The position numbers were made by a program, and so were the translations under genes. Positions 12,591 through 25,721 of a stretch of DNA of 64,000 nucleotides are shown in pieces. Location of the stretch: assembly GCF_006345805.1 (NCBI RefSeq), contig NC_043008.1, positions 48,422,001-48,486,000 on the forward strand, written 5' to 3'. The stretch is from Octopus sinensis. Lineage: Eukaryota. Positions within the stretch are counted from its first letter, which is position 1. Every line of letters starts with the position of its first letter. The notes beneath the pieces were generated by a model that worked only from the letters and a program-made list of their open reading frames with translations, did not search any database and was not told where the DNA came from.

Positions 12591-13628
12591 TACAGGTTTT
12601 GCATATTGAAATTTATCCTCTTCGAAGGAGGTAGGATGAATAACACTTCAAACATTACATTCAACTTGGTGTAATGTATAAAAACTGGCAGGCATACCCA
12701 GTGTTACCAGAATGCCAAATACTTAGAAACATGTTTCTAGCTAATGGCATGTTTTGAGTGGTTGTTTTTTGTTTTTTTATGCAATTATTTTTGTATATTA
12801 TTTAATGCAGATACATATCAAAGACTGAATTATTTTCAGACATCTCAGAAAATTATTTGAGATTTTATTGTTCACTTTAATTTTGTGCCTTAAAATCTAT
12901 ATTTTTTTTACTTTTAAATATTTTCTTGTAATTCTAAAATTCTCCCTATTGTTTTGCACTCTGCCTTCATACGAACTCTTCCTTTGTCCTAATTCCAATT
13001 CTTCCTTTTTCTTTTTCTTTCTCTTGTTTATATGAAGTCAAGTTTTGTTGCCCTACACTTTATTCCCCCCTTTTCCTTATCATCATCATCATCACAAACA
13101 TGTTCTCTTCTGACCACACATCACTTACACTATACTCAGACACAATTCATTTCTCACTACCGCTTCATTATTTCTCTCTTTTATCCTCCTATTTCCTTTC
13201 CTCCTCTCATTTTTCTTTCTTAAATATCTCTCAATTCACCTTCTCTTTCTGTCTTCTTCTTCAGTTTTCCTTTTTTTCTCTTGGTTCAACCAGAGATTTT
13301 ACTTTCTTCGGCTGATGACCTTAGTCAAGTGATTTTATTTAGTTATTCATTTAAATCTTAATGTTTATAAACTTCATGGTCACCAAATATTTATAATAGT
13401 TTCAACCAACTAAATCTCCCTCAAATTACACCCTACAGTCTTAAAGACAGACTGAAAAGGTAAGATGGTCACAGAATGTCTTTGATCAAAGGTTTGCTCA
13501 TTCCAGGTTGACCAGGGACTAGGCAGGTATAACAGGCTATGGTAATTCAAGATGCAAGTCCAAACTAAAAGAAATCACTATAAAAAAGTGTGTACTGTTT
13601 TATAAGATCCTTAATGAATTGTGTATGT

Positions 13629-13663
<35 letters not shown>

Positions 13664-15077
13664 TAGGCAGACAGACAGAGAATCAAATTCCAGTTTTTAA
13701 CATTACTGAACTTCCTTGGATAAACCATGTCGATGATTCAGACCTGACAATGGACTGCCCATGTTCATAAAACTTAAAAGCTTGAGTAGACAATGGCAGA
13801 TAGATATGATGTTAAGGTCCACTGCTATGTTTTTCACATTATTTTAACAAGACCCTATTTTTTATGTCTCCTTGTTTCTTTTCGTTTTACTTTCTAAATG
13901 TCTACCCAAATGATTCGACAAACAGCTTGATGCTCTGGGAACCGATGCAAAGCAAAACAACTAACAGATGTTTGTTATTACAATACCAAAACCATTCATT
14001 TTTTTTTCCCCCCCTTCATATTCTTCATACTCATCTCAGTTTCAGTTCAGTAATTGTTACAGTTTCAATGACATCAACCCATCAATGTTATGAGCATCAG
14101 AATTATAAATACCATTTCACTTCACTTTAACTCCAGTTTATTCAAATATCAAGTTGAGCTAAAAGTGTCTCAATAAGCTATTTTCTCAAAAACAAAGTAC
14201 CAAACAAATTAATGTACAAAGGAATAAACTTTAATGTTGATATCTCTCAAGAGAGAGAGATATAATATCAATGACATAGAACGGTTTTGCTTTGGTTCTG
14301 AGATTTTGTTGGTTTGATTTGGGGATTTGTTTTCATTTTGTTTTGTTTTCTTCAGGTTCTTTAATAAGTGACAAATAAATGTAATCAGATTTAACAAAAC
14401 CAACAAGAAAATTAAGGCAACCGTGAAAATAACTGGCAAGTTATGCTGAGATAAATTCACTTCTAAACTAATAGTGACACATTTTGGTGGAGTCAGGTGG
14501 GGATAACTAGAAAATCCAAAGGTTACAAACATTTTGAAAGAAAGAAAACTCTTTCATGTGTCTTACGGTGAAACCACCCAAACTGCTGACACCCAAACTT
14601 TGCTCAAAATATCTGACATAATAAATATCTCGACCAATCAAGATAACTGTACTTTACTGTCTCTAATCAGCAGAGTATCTTGTTGTGGGTAGTATCTTGC
14701 AGGGTCATCCTTAGGTTTTCTGACACCACAGCTTATGCTAGTCTGTCAACTGCAATATCTAAGGATGAGAATGATGACAGGAGTGGGGATGACAAAAGAA
14801 TTCCCAGTTATTGTTTCTGTGTATTTTACTTTCAAGTATTTCCCCATTTGCATTTTCAAAGATAGGGTATTTTCTAGCATATAACAACAGCCTGGTAGAT
14901 TAAGGATAATATCAGTGCTTTGAGTCAGCCCTGGGCAACAAATCGGAGAGATTAAAGAGAATCCTATGTATCAAGCAGGGAATAGCAGGGTTAAGTAATT
15001 AAGCATGTGCACACACACACACATTTATATGCACGCATGTATACATATATGGGCATACACACACACACATGTATATA

Positions 15078-15320
15078 TTGGGTTGGTGCAGAATTATTGT
15101 GGCCTTTTTTTTTCAACAAAAACAATAGCAATATTTAACAAAAACATCTTTAAATGACGGTCTGGCCGTCTGCCAAGCAAATGGGGAAGCAGTAATTGAA
15201 GTAGATGGTGACTATGCTCCAGAATAATCATTTAAAGATGTTTTTGTTACATGTTGTTATTGTTTTTGTTGAATAAAATTTGTTGAAAAAAAAAGCTGCA
15301 ATAATTATGCACCAACCCAA
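15078..15320. mobile_element. Mariner-type MITE (243 bp), long imperfect inverted arms, TA flanks
   Basis: TA|TTGGGTTGGTGCAGAATTATTG ... CAATAATTATGCACCAACCCAA|TA. Arms 15078-15157 and 15228-15320 are reverse-complementary apart from a ~13-nt indel. Confidence 0.9.
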
Positions 15321-15336
15321 TATATATATACACACT

Positions 15337-15381
<45 letters not shown>

Positions 15382-15428
15382 TCACTCACACACACACACA
15401 CACACACAAGGACATGCATCTGACTCCT

Positions 15429-15790
15429 GCATGGCTGAGTGGCTAATAAATTGACTTTGCAACTTTGAAGTCCTGGGTTCAATCCAACAGCAGGACATGT
15501 TGAGCAATTATCTTTAAAATAGCTACTGGATGACCCAAACTTTATGAGTAAAAGTGAGTGGTTGGAATTGTTGGACAAATGTTTAGAGACCCATTGAATG
15601 GTCTGAACTAGTAATTTAATGATCCAGCCTTGCTATGTTGGTTTTAGTCAAGAATTACATGCATCGGTAGAATACTCAGCTACTTAGCATCCTAATTCAA
15701 TGACCAGATCGTCCAGTTGAACATTGAAACACTCCAACATGTAATGGAGAGGAGAAGCCAATACATATTGAGAAGTAAACAGCATTAACA
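15429..15790 (+). mobile_element. Old tRNA-derived SINE with family-D-like 3' part
   Basis: GCATGGCTGAGTGG..CTGGGTTCAATCC head; TACTCAGCTACTTAGC..CCAGTTGAAC resembles the reverse complement of the D tails at 31300 and 38240. Confidence 0.55.
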
Positions 15791-15795
15791 TTTTA

Positions 15796-15840
<45 letters not shown>

Positions 15841-17222
15841 CAACAAATCTAATAAATAAAAGATTTACAATGCTAAAGGCGTTGCCAAGTCACTCAGTTG
15901 GCAGTTGTATCAGTGAAATATACAGAGAGTCTATAGAACACAAAGCAAAGCATTGAAATATATTCGAACATCAGATAAGATAGAAAAATCTCAGAGAAAC
16001 AGATAAATCTTTGTATGGAGCTGACATCTATCTTTAAAAATAAGAACTAATTTCAATATTTTCAGCTTCAAACAGTTCTAAATCAATGCGAGCAACTGGT
16101 TTCATCTGATATCTCTTGGTGGCCAAATATTGTAACTTTAATCCAACTGTTCTATCTGTTATCTTGGGATTAATAAATCATTTACGAATCATGATGCAGA
16201 AACCCAATTTACAGAAAATAAAAAATATATTAGAGTAAGGAGTAAGCTTTCATCGAGCCAAGGTTGAAAAGAGGTTTCAGTCACCATATATTATATTTAT
16301 ACCAATGGGAAAGGCTCGTGTTATACCCCCAGTTTTCCCTTCGCTGAACATGTTGGGGTTCGTTAAACCTACTTTAAAAAAATTCAAAAAACACAATATT
16401 CTGCTAAAAATAAGTGATTGTTCAAAACTTTCATATTGTAAGACAGTGTAAACAAAATAACCATGAAGAAAATTGAAAGTCTAATATTCTAACTTTATTT
16501 ATGAAATAATAATGTAAGGTATACCAACAATGTCTACATCTAGGTTAAAATTTCAATAAAATGATTATGAGAAATATATTTCCACTGACTTCTCATTAAA
16601 GTTGGATATAAATTGACTTGGCTTTTAGTTTAGGAAATCCGTATTTCTTTAAAAGATAATAATGAAATGTGGAGAAGGACATATTAAAATATACACACAA
16701 ATGATAAATTTGTGAAGAAGAATATCACCATCATCATTTAAAAGCCGTCACTATGAATTGGTTAAATGAGACTGGAAGACAATTAAACAATTATCAGTTT
16801 CTGGGGGTGAGGAGAGAGGTTTTTTTTTTATATTGGTTAAATATTGATTGAATTGAATCTATTAAGTGATTGGTATCTATTTTATTGATTCGAGAGGAAT
16901 TGGAAATCAGAAGATCAATAAAAGAAACAGTGCTGCCACTTTAAAATAATGATTTCTAACTTTTTACATTCAGGACTTTGAATCTTTTCTTAATTGATAT
17001 TTTTATTGATTTTACAATATTGAAACATAAAATGACATTGATGAGACTGGAACTTAAAAGTAAACACTGCCAGCTCTTATTTATGCCCACGAACATTCTG
17101 TGAATTCTATCCACCATTCATGCTCAGAATAATAAACTGAAGTGTCTTTGTTGTTTCTCTCGTTGAAGATAGGATTGTGGGAGATAACAGCTTGGAGAAA
17201 TAGTGGAGTCAATTATTTACAC

Positions 17223-17475
17223 CAGTCGTTCTCAGCCAGGGTCCATATGACCCTTGGAGGGGGTCCATGTAAGATTACATTGTTCAAACTGTATCTGCAA
17301 GAAATTGCTTAATACTTCTACAATGCACAAAATATTTTCACAATTTTTTTTATACAATTCCTTATAATATTTAATTATATAAATATTATAAGATTTTTTT
17401 TAATACATAGACTGGCCAAGAGGGTCCGACTGAGTGAAATAGGAATCAAAGATTAAGAATGGTTGAGAACCACTG
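17223..17475. mobile_element. hAT (Charlie-like) MITE, 253 bp
   Basis: Ends CAGTCGTTCTCAGCC / GGTTGAGAACCACTG. 8-bp flanks ATTTACAC and GTTTACAT (6/8 identical) fit a decayed hAT 8-bp TSD. Confidence 0.8.
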
Positions 17476-18580
17476 GTTTACATCAATGGTAAAAGGAAGG
17501 AAGAGATAATTATTAACAGACAAGATGAAGTGTGTGTAGTAAAGAAGAATTAACTGCCATCTTTGAAACATATAAAAATAATCAGCAATTTCCTCCTGAT
17601 GACATGCAATACTAAACAAGAGATATGGTAGAAATAGCAGTCATATCCTCCTCAAATAACACTTCACATCTCAAAAGAAGGTATATGATGCAAGCCTTCC
17701 TAGACTCTTCTAGATAGTGTGGTCATAGCTGGAATGTCCTAGATGATAGATCTGCTCAATCAAGACTGACTTAAGGTTCAATAACAACAAAAACTATTAT
17801 GTTAGCTAATAAATAGAAATTATTAAACTGCTTAGAAAATCTTTCCAACATGGCCGAGTCTTTTCAGATATTTCTTCTGCTCACTGTCACAGTTAAACTA
17901 TAATGGGATATATCAAATTGCTTAATAAACAAACCATTCCAAGAGGAATCAGTGCTTACCAAAACAGCTGGGATGGTATGGAAGATGGGGAGAGAGAGAG
18001 AGGGGGGGGGGACGTGTATGTTCATAAGTCTACAGAAACAAAGTTGTCCCTTAAACTTCTGACAACCACTCAGAATGACTTGGGTGTTGGTATCCTTGCT
18101 GCTAACATAACACATTAGGATTCATTTAACAGAATCAACAGTCTGAAGATAAATTCTTACAGCTTACTCCACTTGTTCCAACACAATTCAGCAAAAGTTC
18201 CTGCTTCAAAAAACATGGACTTCAGCTTTTGACTAAAAGCATGATAACAAACAAAACCAATTACAATTATTTCCAAGCTAATGACACCCATATACAACAA
18301 CAAGGCAACAAAAGACTTCATTGTACCTGGAGCTTAACTATTTGAATATCTTTTAATGCAACATCTTAACCAAATGAGAAACTTAATTTTTACAACACTT
18401 GGCTTATATCTTAATAACAGATATTTGACTAAAAGCACTTGAGTTGTGCCGATGCCATTTTCACAAAACATTACACATCCAGAATTAAATTATGTAATGA
18501 TTTCTTTCTTCGAGCTAATAAAGTATTAATATAGGAAGATTTGGTTGCTATTTCTAGTAGACTGAATGATCAAATACAAT

Positions 18581-18650
18581 GACGGCTCTCAAAATGTGTG
18601 TCACAACACACTCATGTACCACAAAAGATGTCTAGGGGTGTCACAGTCTT
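18581..18650. mobile_element. Possible decayed hAT/Charlie terminal fragment
   Basis: GACGGCTCTCAAAATGTGTGTCACAACACACTCATGTACCACAAAAGATGTCTAGGGGTGTCAC resembles CpG-decayed Charlie-type 5' ends; no matching right end was found. Confidence 0.35.
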
Positions 18651-18826
18651 GAAAAATACAATTTAAGTCTTAGGGGTTAATACTGAAAATTTAACAAGTA
18701 TCAGCATGGAGTTCCTAACAGATTTAAGACATTACCTGGATTATTATCAATGAAAAAAAAAAAAAATTAGCAAGGGAAGCTGGTTTGACAGTTATCTAAT
18801 GTCTTTTTTGATACAAAAACACTGGA

Positions 18827-19040
18827 AGGCAGCGAGCTGGCAGAGACGTTAGCACTCCAGCTGAAATGCTTAGTGGTATTTCGTCTGTCTTTACATTCTG
18901 AGTTCAAATTCCGCCAAAGTCAACTTTGCCTTTCATCCTTTCAGGGTCAATAAATTAAGTACCAGTTGCATACTGGAGTTAATCTAATCAACTGGCCCCC
19001 TCACCCAAAATTTCGGGCCTTGTGCCTAGAGTAGAAAGGA
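18827..19040 (+). mobile_element. SINE family B, full-length, with 16-bp TSD
   Basis: GCGAGCTGGCAGAGACGTTAGCAC..TTCTGAGTTCAAATTCCGCC..TTTGCCTTTCATCCTTTC..AAGTACCAGTTG. Flanks ATACAAAAACACTGGA (18811-26) and ATACGAAAATACTGGA (19041-56) are 14/16 identical. Confidence 0.92.
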
Positions 19041-20280
19041 ATACGAAAATACTGGATAAACTATATTTCATAGAATCTTTTAGCTGTTGTTCATTAGAGA
19101 TTAATTCTTTTAATTACTACTAATTAACCACTTAAGATAGTAATGAAATAAAAACATTTGAGGTACAGATGTGGAATTTTCAAATGTAATAGTTTAGAAG
19201 CATAATTGCATATCAAAGGCCTAAAATTTACAGCTGCTGGTTTAAACTACACCTGGTGCTCCTGCCTCATGAAACACACAAAAGTGAAAGGTCACAATGA
19301 CCCAATGGACAAGATGTTGACATTCAGCTTGAAGGCAGGACATGCTAACCCATCACTTACTTAAACAAAGTAAACACAGCCCGCTTATAAACTTCACATC
19401 AAATGCAAAGAAATGAAATAACACAGAATTTATCAGCAGTTGAATAGTCTCCAGGTCACCGTTTGTTCATAAATGAAGCCAAAATGCAAATAAATGTTTT
19501 CATGTCTTTATAGTAAGTTCTAAGTTGGTATATGTCTTGTTTGCTACCGAACAGGAACCAGCTAACCCTGGCCTAGAATAATAACAACAGTTGTTTTGTA
19601 GGGTTAGACTGAATAAAATGAAAAAAAAACATTTGAAAAGCTTACAATGAGATTTCACACTTTATTCAAATCCCACCAATGAATGTATAAATCATTAGAA
19701 ACAGCTGGTTGGTCTGAGGTAACAGACTGACGAATGCAAGCTAAGAAGTAACCAAAATAGAGAAATATTCAGACAAAAAGTGATTCATTTAACACTTCTG
19801 TCTACCATCTTCCAAATTATAATAATGATAAATTTCCTTAAAAAATATTTGTAATACACCAAAGACCATGTTTTCAACTGGTTTACTTCACCTCACCACA
19901 AACACACTGATTTCACACAAGTTCCATAGCCAATTCCAGTGTGTAGTTGTTAACCTAAAACCAAGGTTCCCAGGCTGGCAACAACAACAACGGAAGTAAT
20001 TTCCAAATATCAAACTACTTCCTCTATCTTTCCTCCAATTTATCTCCCCTCCCAACCACACAAATGGTTGAAAGGCAAATGGGAAACAGGAAAAAGAAGT
20101 CTTCGTTGTATAAATCACCACAACCGATGTCATTAATCTAACTATTTACCCCAAAAAACGAAAACTAAATAAATATACAAAAACTATGACAGAAAGCACC
20201 AGACATTTTTAGTAGTTTTCTGTCTGATACTATTTGCACCACAAAACCATAAAAAGACAGATGATGATAATAATAATAAT

Positions 20281-20493
20281 AACGGTTTCAAAATTTGACA
20301 CAAGGCCAGCAATTTTATTGGAGAAAGCTAGTCAATTACATCAAACACAGTGCCCAGTTGGTTCTCATTTTATCAACCCAGAAGAAATGAAAGACTAAGT
20401 CTATTTTGATGGAATTTGAACTCAGAATGTAAAGCCAGAAAAATGCTGCTAAGCATTTTGTCCTGAGTGCTAACAATTCTGCCAGCTCACTGC
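20281..20493 (-). mobile_element. SINE B
   Basis: GACACAAGGCC..GAATTTGAACTCAGAATG..GCTAAGCATTTTG..ATTCTGCCAGCTC. Confidence 0.85.
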
Positions 20494-21240
20494 CATTCAC
20501 CACCTTAATAATTATAATAATAATAATAATAATAATAATAGTTTGTTTTACTCTAAGCCCAAGGCCTGAACTTTTTTCAGGCAGGATGGTCGCAACTAGA
20601 ACTGTTTTGATTGTAAGTCTGGTGGATTAATGTTGATTTGAGGATAAACAAATATTCCAACAGCTGATAAACCAAACTTTACCAAAGCAATATTTAGATC
20701 AGTTTCACTATAAATTAAAAAAATATTTCAATGAGCTGGAACTGTTAATGGGCCAAGTACCAAATGTCTGTTGGTCTTATCACAGACTTGAAATATTTTG
20801 TATCTTTCCAAGAAGATGGAACTGCATAGTCTAGAGTATAAATAGAAGGAAATATCATCTGGGACTTCAACATGTCCTAAAATAAAAAAAATAATCTTTT
20901 CCATGTGGTGACTGAGCAAAAATAAATATAAGAAGATGAAGAAATATGGAGACTTCCTGGTGATGTTAATAAAGTGTAACAGAAATGATTGATCATAAGT
21001 AGGTAGGAGGTATCCTTGTTAAGAGCATGTATTTAGGGTGTGGTGTGCTGGATAAAGACCTCTGTTCACTCATCCTAATAAATATTCGTGAATTATGTTT
21101 ATAAAATGCAAGATTTGCTACATAAATATAGCAGATTGGTTACATCAAATTATAGTCAGCATCTTGTCAAATAGGAAGTCCACCTGTTAATGACATTATC
21201 ATCATCATCATTATTATCATTATTAATATTATTATTAATA

Positions 21241-21456
21241 TGGCAAACTGGTAGAATCATTAGCACACGAGATAAAATGCCTAAAATCATTCCTATTGGC
21301 TCTTTACCTTCTGAGCGCAAATTCTGTAGAAGCCAACTTTGCATTGCATCCTTTCAGGGTCAATAAAATAAGATTCAGTCAAGTACTGGGGTTGGTGTAA
21401 TCGACTTTCTCTTCCCCTCAAAATTGCAGATCTTGTGCCAAAATTAGAAAGGATTG
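21241..21456 (+). mobile_element. SINE B
   Basis: TGGTAGAATCATTAGCAC..CATCCTTTCAGGGTCAATAAAATAAG..TACTGGGGTTGGTGTAATCGACT. Confidence 0.85.
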
Positions 21457-22948
21457 TAATTATCATCATACATATTTCTTTACTTTTGTAATGTAGTCAA
21501 CTCAAAGTCATCTTCCTTAACAACCGCACACATGAGAGAGAGATATCAACTGTTTTTTAAAATTGAAAGTTACATTAGATAACATGGTCTGGATAAAAGA
21601 TGAGATGATCATGGCTAAAACATCTCTGATCATGAATCTGGGACTAAACAATGGTAAACAGGAACTAAAAACAAAAAAGAAATGGTGACAGAATCAATTT
21701 TCTGAACTGAGAAACCAAATGTACAAAAATAGGGCCCTAACTCAAAAGATATTTCTAATTAATCAAGTTGATCATTATAATCCACAGATCTACTATCAAT
21801 CAATAAATAGATTAGATTTATATTACATATTTCCTGCCATTCACCAGCAAATTATTTTTCTTAATCTTTGTTTTACTATTATGCAACACAAACATTAAAA
21901 AATATGCAAACCTCCTGATGGTGCACCATTATTAGTTCTCTTTCACAAATTTTAAATATATCTCACATGTGATATAATCCTCATTCTGATAGGAGATGGG
22001 TTCTAACTCTATAATTTATGTATGTCAACATTGATGGTGGGACGTAACATTTTAATGCTAATATTTAAATGAAAGACAGTTTGCATGTATCATTGTCAAC
22101 ATTCGTGCAAGGAATTTTATCAGTTTCCACTAATCACAACCGAAGATGAATATCAGTAAAGTTGAGCAGCTCTCTTTATCTCAAGAAACATTACGTCAAG
22201 ATTATTTCTAGATAATGAGACCAGCGAAATATTGGTCGTGAAATAAACATGTGTGGATGTCAATGACAGATTCCTTAAATCTGTCTGTAATCTAGGACCA
22301 AACTGTGAAAACTGAAACCCGCAGGCACGTAATGTGGTAAACAAATTTGAAGTTTTTAGGAAAGATGCAGAAAAAAACAAGAACCTCATGACTAACAGGA
22401 GCTATTTTATAAATAGTAATTATTTTGTATACAAGCTGCCATACTGTAAAAGAGTAACGTGACAGATAAGATGCTAATCTTCAAGAGGCCAAATCAGTAA
22501 GATGAATCATAAGTTAACAGACAGTTGGAGTATATTTGAATCATGCTAACAAGATGTGCTAGACGAGGATGTTGTAGGTGTGTCCCAAATTGGTCAGAGG
22601 GTGGATAGTCAAAAGTGGAACACAGAGAGGTGCATGTGGAGCTGAAGTCAGAAACTTTTGGTCAAGAGCAATCATTAAAATTCATCTTCTCAAGTGGAAC
22701 ATCTAAGTCAGCAGTTCTTGACCAATTATTTCATTATCAGACTGTCAAAATTATCATCACCAGTTTTGTTTGGTGCCAAATGATGCCAAATTCGTTTTAC
22801 TTTACATGTGGCTAACAAGAAATAAAACAGGATTTTTTGAAAATTACAAGGATTTTTGTAGCATGAATGTGAGTGTATGTGTAAAAACAACACAAGAAAT
22901 TGAGACCCAATTGTTGGATCAGGTGATGAAAGGGTCATAGCCCAACTA

Positions 22949-24252
22949 TTAGGTTGTCAAGAAAGTTCTTGCAGAATTTTGAATTTTTGTTTTAAATGAT
23001 GTATTTTCAGATTAATTATCGTTAAATTACTTTGACTTTGTATATCAATTTAAGGCCCGTTTTACACTCTATCTAATCGTGTTACTCATTTTCTTTTTGA
23101 ATAATTAGGACATTTTTTCCAGAACATTGAATACAACATAGATAAAAAGCAAATTCGCACAATTTTCTTATTCCAGTTCTAGCTAGGCTGAAAAGCTGCT
23201 GAAAAGCTGCTGAAACAGCTCACGCTATCAATGATCAATGATGTGTTTGGCCCAGGAACCACTAATGAACATACAGCACAATGGTGGTTCAAGAAACTTT
23301 GTAGTGGTGACGAGAGTCTTGAAGATGATAAGCATAGTGGTTGCCCATCAGATGTTGACAACGATCAACTAAAAGACTTAGTCGAAGCCAATCCACACAC
23401 AACTGTTTGAGAGCTGGCTTCTAAATTAGACGTAAGATATACGACAATTTCCAACCACTTGAAAGAGATTGGAAAAACAAAAATACTTGAGAAATGGGTG
23501 CCACACGAATTGAACTACAACCAAAAAGAAAAACCCGTTTTGAAGTGTCGTCTTCCCTTCTTTTATGCAACAAGAATGACCTGTTTCTTAACCAGATTGT
23601 GACTTGTGATGTAAAGTGGATTCTTTACAACAACCAGCAATGCTCAGCTCAGTGGTTGGACACCGACGAAGCTCCACAGCACTTCCCAAAGCCAAAGTTG
23701 CACCAAAAGAAGGTCATGGTGACTGTTTGGTGATTTGCGGCTGGTCTCATCCATCACAGCTTTTTGGATCCAGGCGAAACCAATGCGGCGGAGAAGTACT
23801 GTCAGCAAATGGATGAAATGCATAAGAAACTCTGACAACAACAGCCACCATTGGTCAATAGAAAAGGACCAATTTTTCTTCACAATAATGCTCAGCCACA
23901 TGTCGCACAACTGACCCTGCAGAAGTTGAACAAATTGGGCTATGAAACTGCCTCATCCGCCATACTCACCAGACCTCTTGCCTACCGACTACCACTTTTT
24001 CAAGCATGTTGACAACTTACTGCATGGGAAATGCTTCAAAAACCAAGATGATGCCAAACACGCCTTCAATGACTTCATCGCCACCAGAATGCAGGATTTT
24101 TATGCTACTGGTATAAATAAACTTGTTTTACATTGGCAAAAGTGTGTTGATTCTTATGGTGTTTATTTTGATTAATAATGTTTTGTTTGAGCTGAGATGT
24201 GTACATCTGAATTTAAAGGTTAAAAACTGCAAGAACTTTCTTGACAACCTAA
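22949..24252 (+). mobile_element. Full-length (1304 bp) mariner DNA transposon, DD34D, Hsmar1/cecropia-like, inactive
   Basis: Perfect 26-bp TIRs TTAGGTTGTCAAGAAAGTTCTTGCAG (22949-22974; reverse complement at 24227-24252), TA on both flanks (22947-48, 24253-54), internal transposase relic. Confidence 0.97.
23126..24175 (+). pseudogene. Mariner transposase pseudogene
   Basis: Conceptual translation gives DKKQIRTIFLFQF, FGPGTTNEHTAQWWFKK, WVPHEL, IVTCDVKWILY, HNNAQPH (second catalytic D now N), PHPPYSPDLLPTDY and WQKCVDSYGVYFD*. There are 34 residues between the 2nd and 3rd catalytic positions once a 2-nt deletion is allowed. Several stops and frameshifts. Confidence 0.95.
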
Positions 24253-25721
24253 TAATTAGAGAGAGAGTTAGTTTGGATGAGATATAGTTTGGGTTTGTGC
24301 CAGGGAGAAGCACCACTGATGCTATATTTCTAGTAAGACAGCTGCAAGAGAAATTCATAGCCAAAGATATACCTCTGTACTTGGCTTTTGTCGGCATGGA
24401 GAAAGATTTTGACAGGGTCCCCTGATTCCTTATCTGGTAGTCAATGCAGAAACTAGGGATAGATGAGTGGTTGGTGAGAGCTGTACAAGCCATGTACAGA
24501 GATGCTGTCAGTAAGGTGAGGGTTAGCAAAAAGTATAGTGAAGAATTCCAGATAGAAGTAGGGATTCACCAAGGATCAGTGCTCAGCCCTCTCTTGCTCA
24601 TCATAGTCCTCCAGGCAATAACAGAGGAATTCAAGACAGGCTGCTCCTAGGAGCTCCGCTATGCTGATAACCTTGCTCACTACCAGAACTAGAGAAGAAG
24701 TCTCAGGTGTGGAAGCAAGGTCTAGAATTGAAGGACATTAAAGTCAATCTAACAAAAAACAAAGTCTTAATAAATAGGAGGGCAGACAAACCACAAATCC
24801 CTTCAGGTAGATGACCCTGCTTGATCTGTAGAAAAGGCATAGGTAAAAACTCCATAAGACATACCTGGTGTAACCTATGGACACATAAGAGGTGCCTCAA
24901 TATCAAAAGAAAGTTAACTAGGAAGATAGTTTTTGTGCATGACACATGCACATGTGCAATAAAAACCAAAGATGTACAGAAAACTGATTCCATCACATGC
25001 CAAGGGAGAAAAACTAAAAGTAGCTGATAGTTTCCGTTACCTAAGTGACAAGTCAGTTGCAGGGTTGGATGCTCTGAGAGCGTAGCTGCTAAAATAAGAA
25101 TAACCTGGAGAAAGTTCAGAAAGCTCCTACCTCTACTGGCAACAAAGGGCCTCTCGCTCAGAGTGAAAGGTAGACTGTATGATGCCTATGTGCAATCAGG
25201 CATGCTACATGGCAGTGAAACATGAGCCATGACTGCTGAGGATATGTGTAGGCTTCAAAGAAATGAAGCTAGTATTCTCCGTTGGATGAGTATTGTCACT
25301 GTGCATACACAACAGAATATAAGCACCCTGAGAGAAACGTTGGACATAGGAATCATCCGTTGTGGTGTGCAAGAGAGATGACTGCGCTGGTATGGTCACG
25401 TGATACATATGGATGAGGACAGTTGTGAGAGGAAGAGTCACACCCAAAACAGTGGAAGGAACCTGTGGAAGAGGTAGACCCAGGAAGATATGGGATGAGG
25501 TGGTGAAGCGTGACTTTCGATCACTGGGCCTCACAGAGGCAATGACAAGCAATCAAGACCTTTGGAGATATGCCATGCTCAAGAAGACCCAGCAAGCTAC
25601 GTTAGATCATAGTCGTGGATGATGCCAGTGTCACATAACTGGCCCGTTTAAAAGCACCTTTCAATCATTGGGCAATAAGCCATGCTTGGGAAGATCTGTT
25701 GAATCAAATGAAATTGTAGTA

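Noticed and set aside
20728-21080. Possible RT-like relic on the minus strand (SPYFFIFLY..PDDISFY)
   Set aside because: Motifs are too weak and the spacing does not match a known RT clade.
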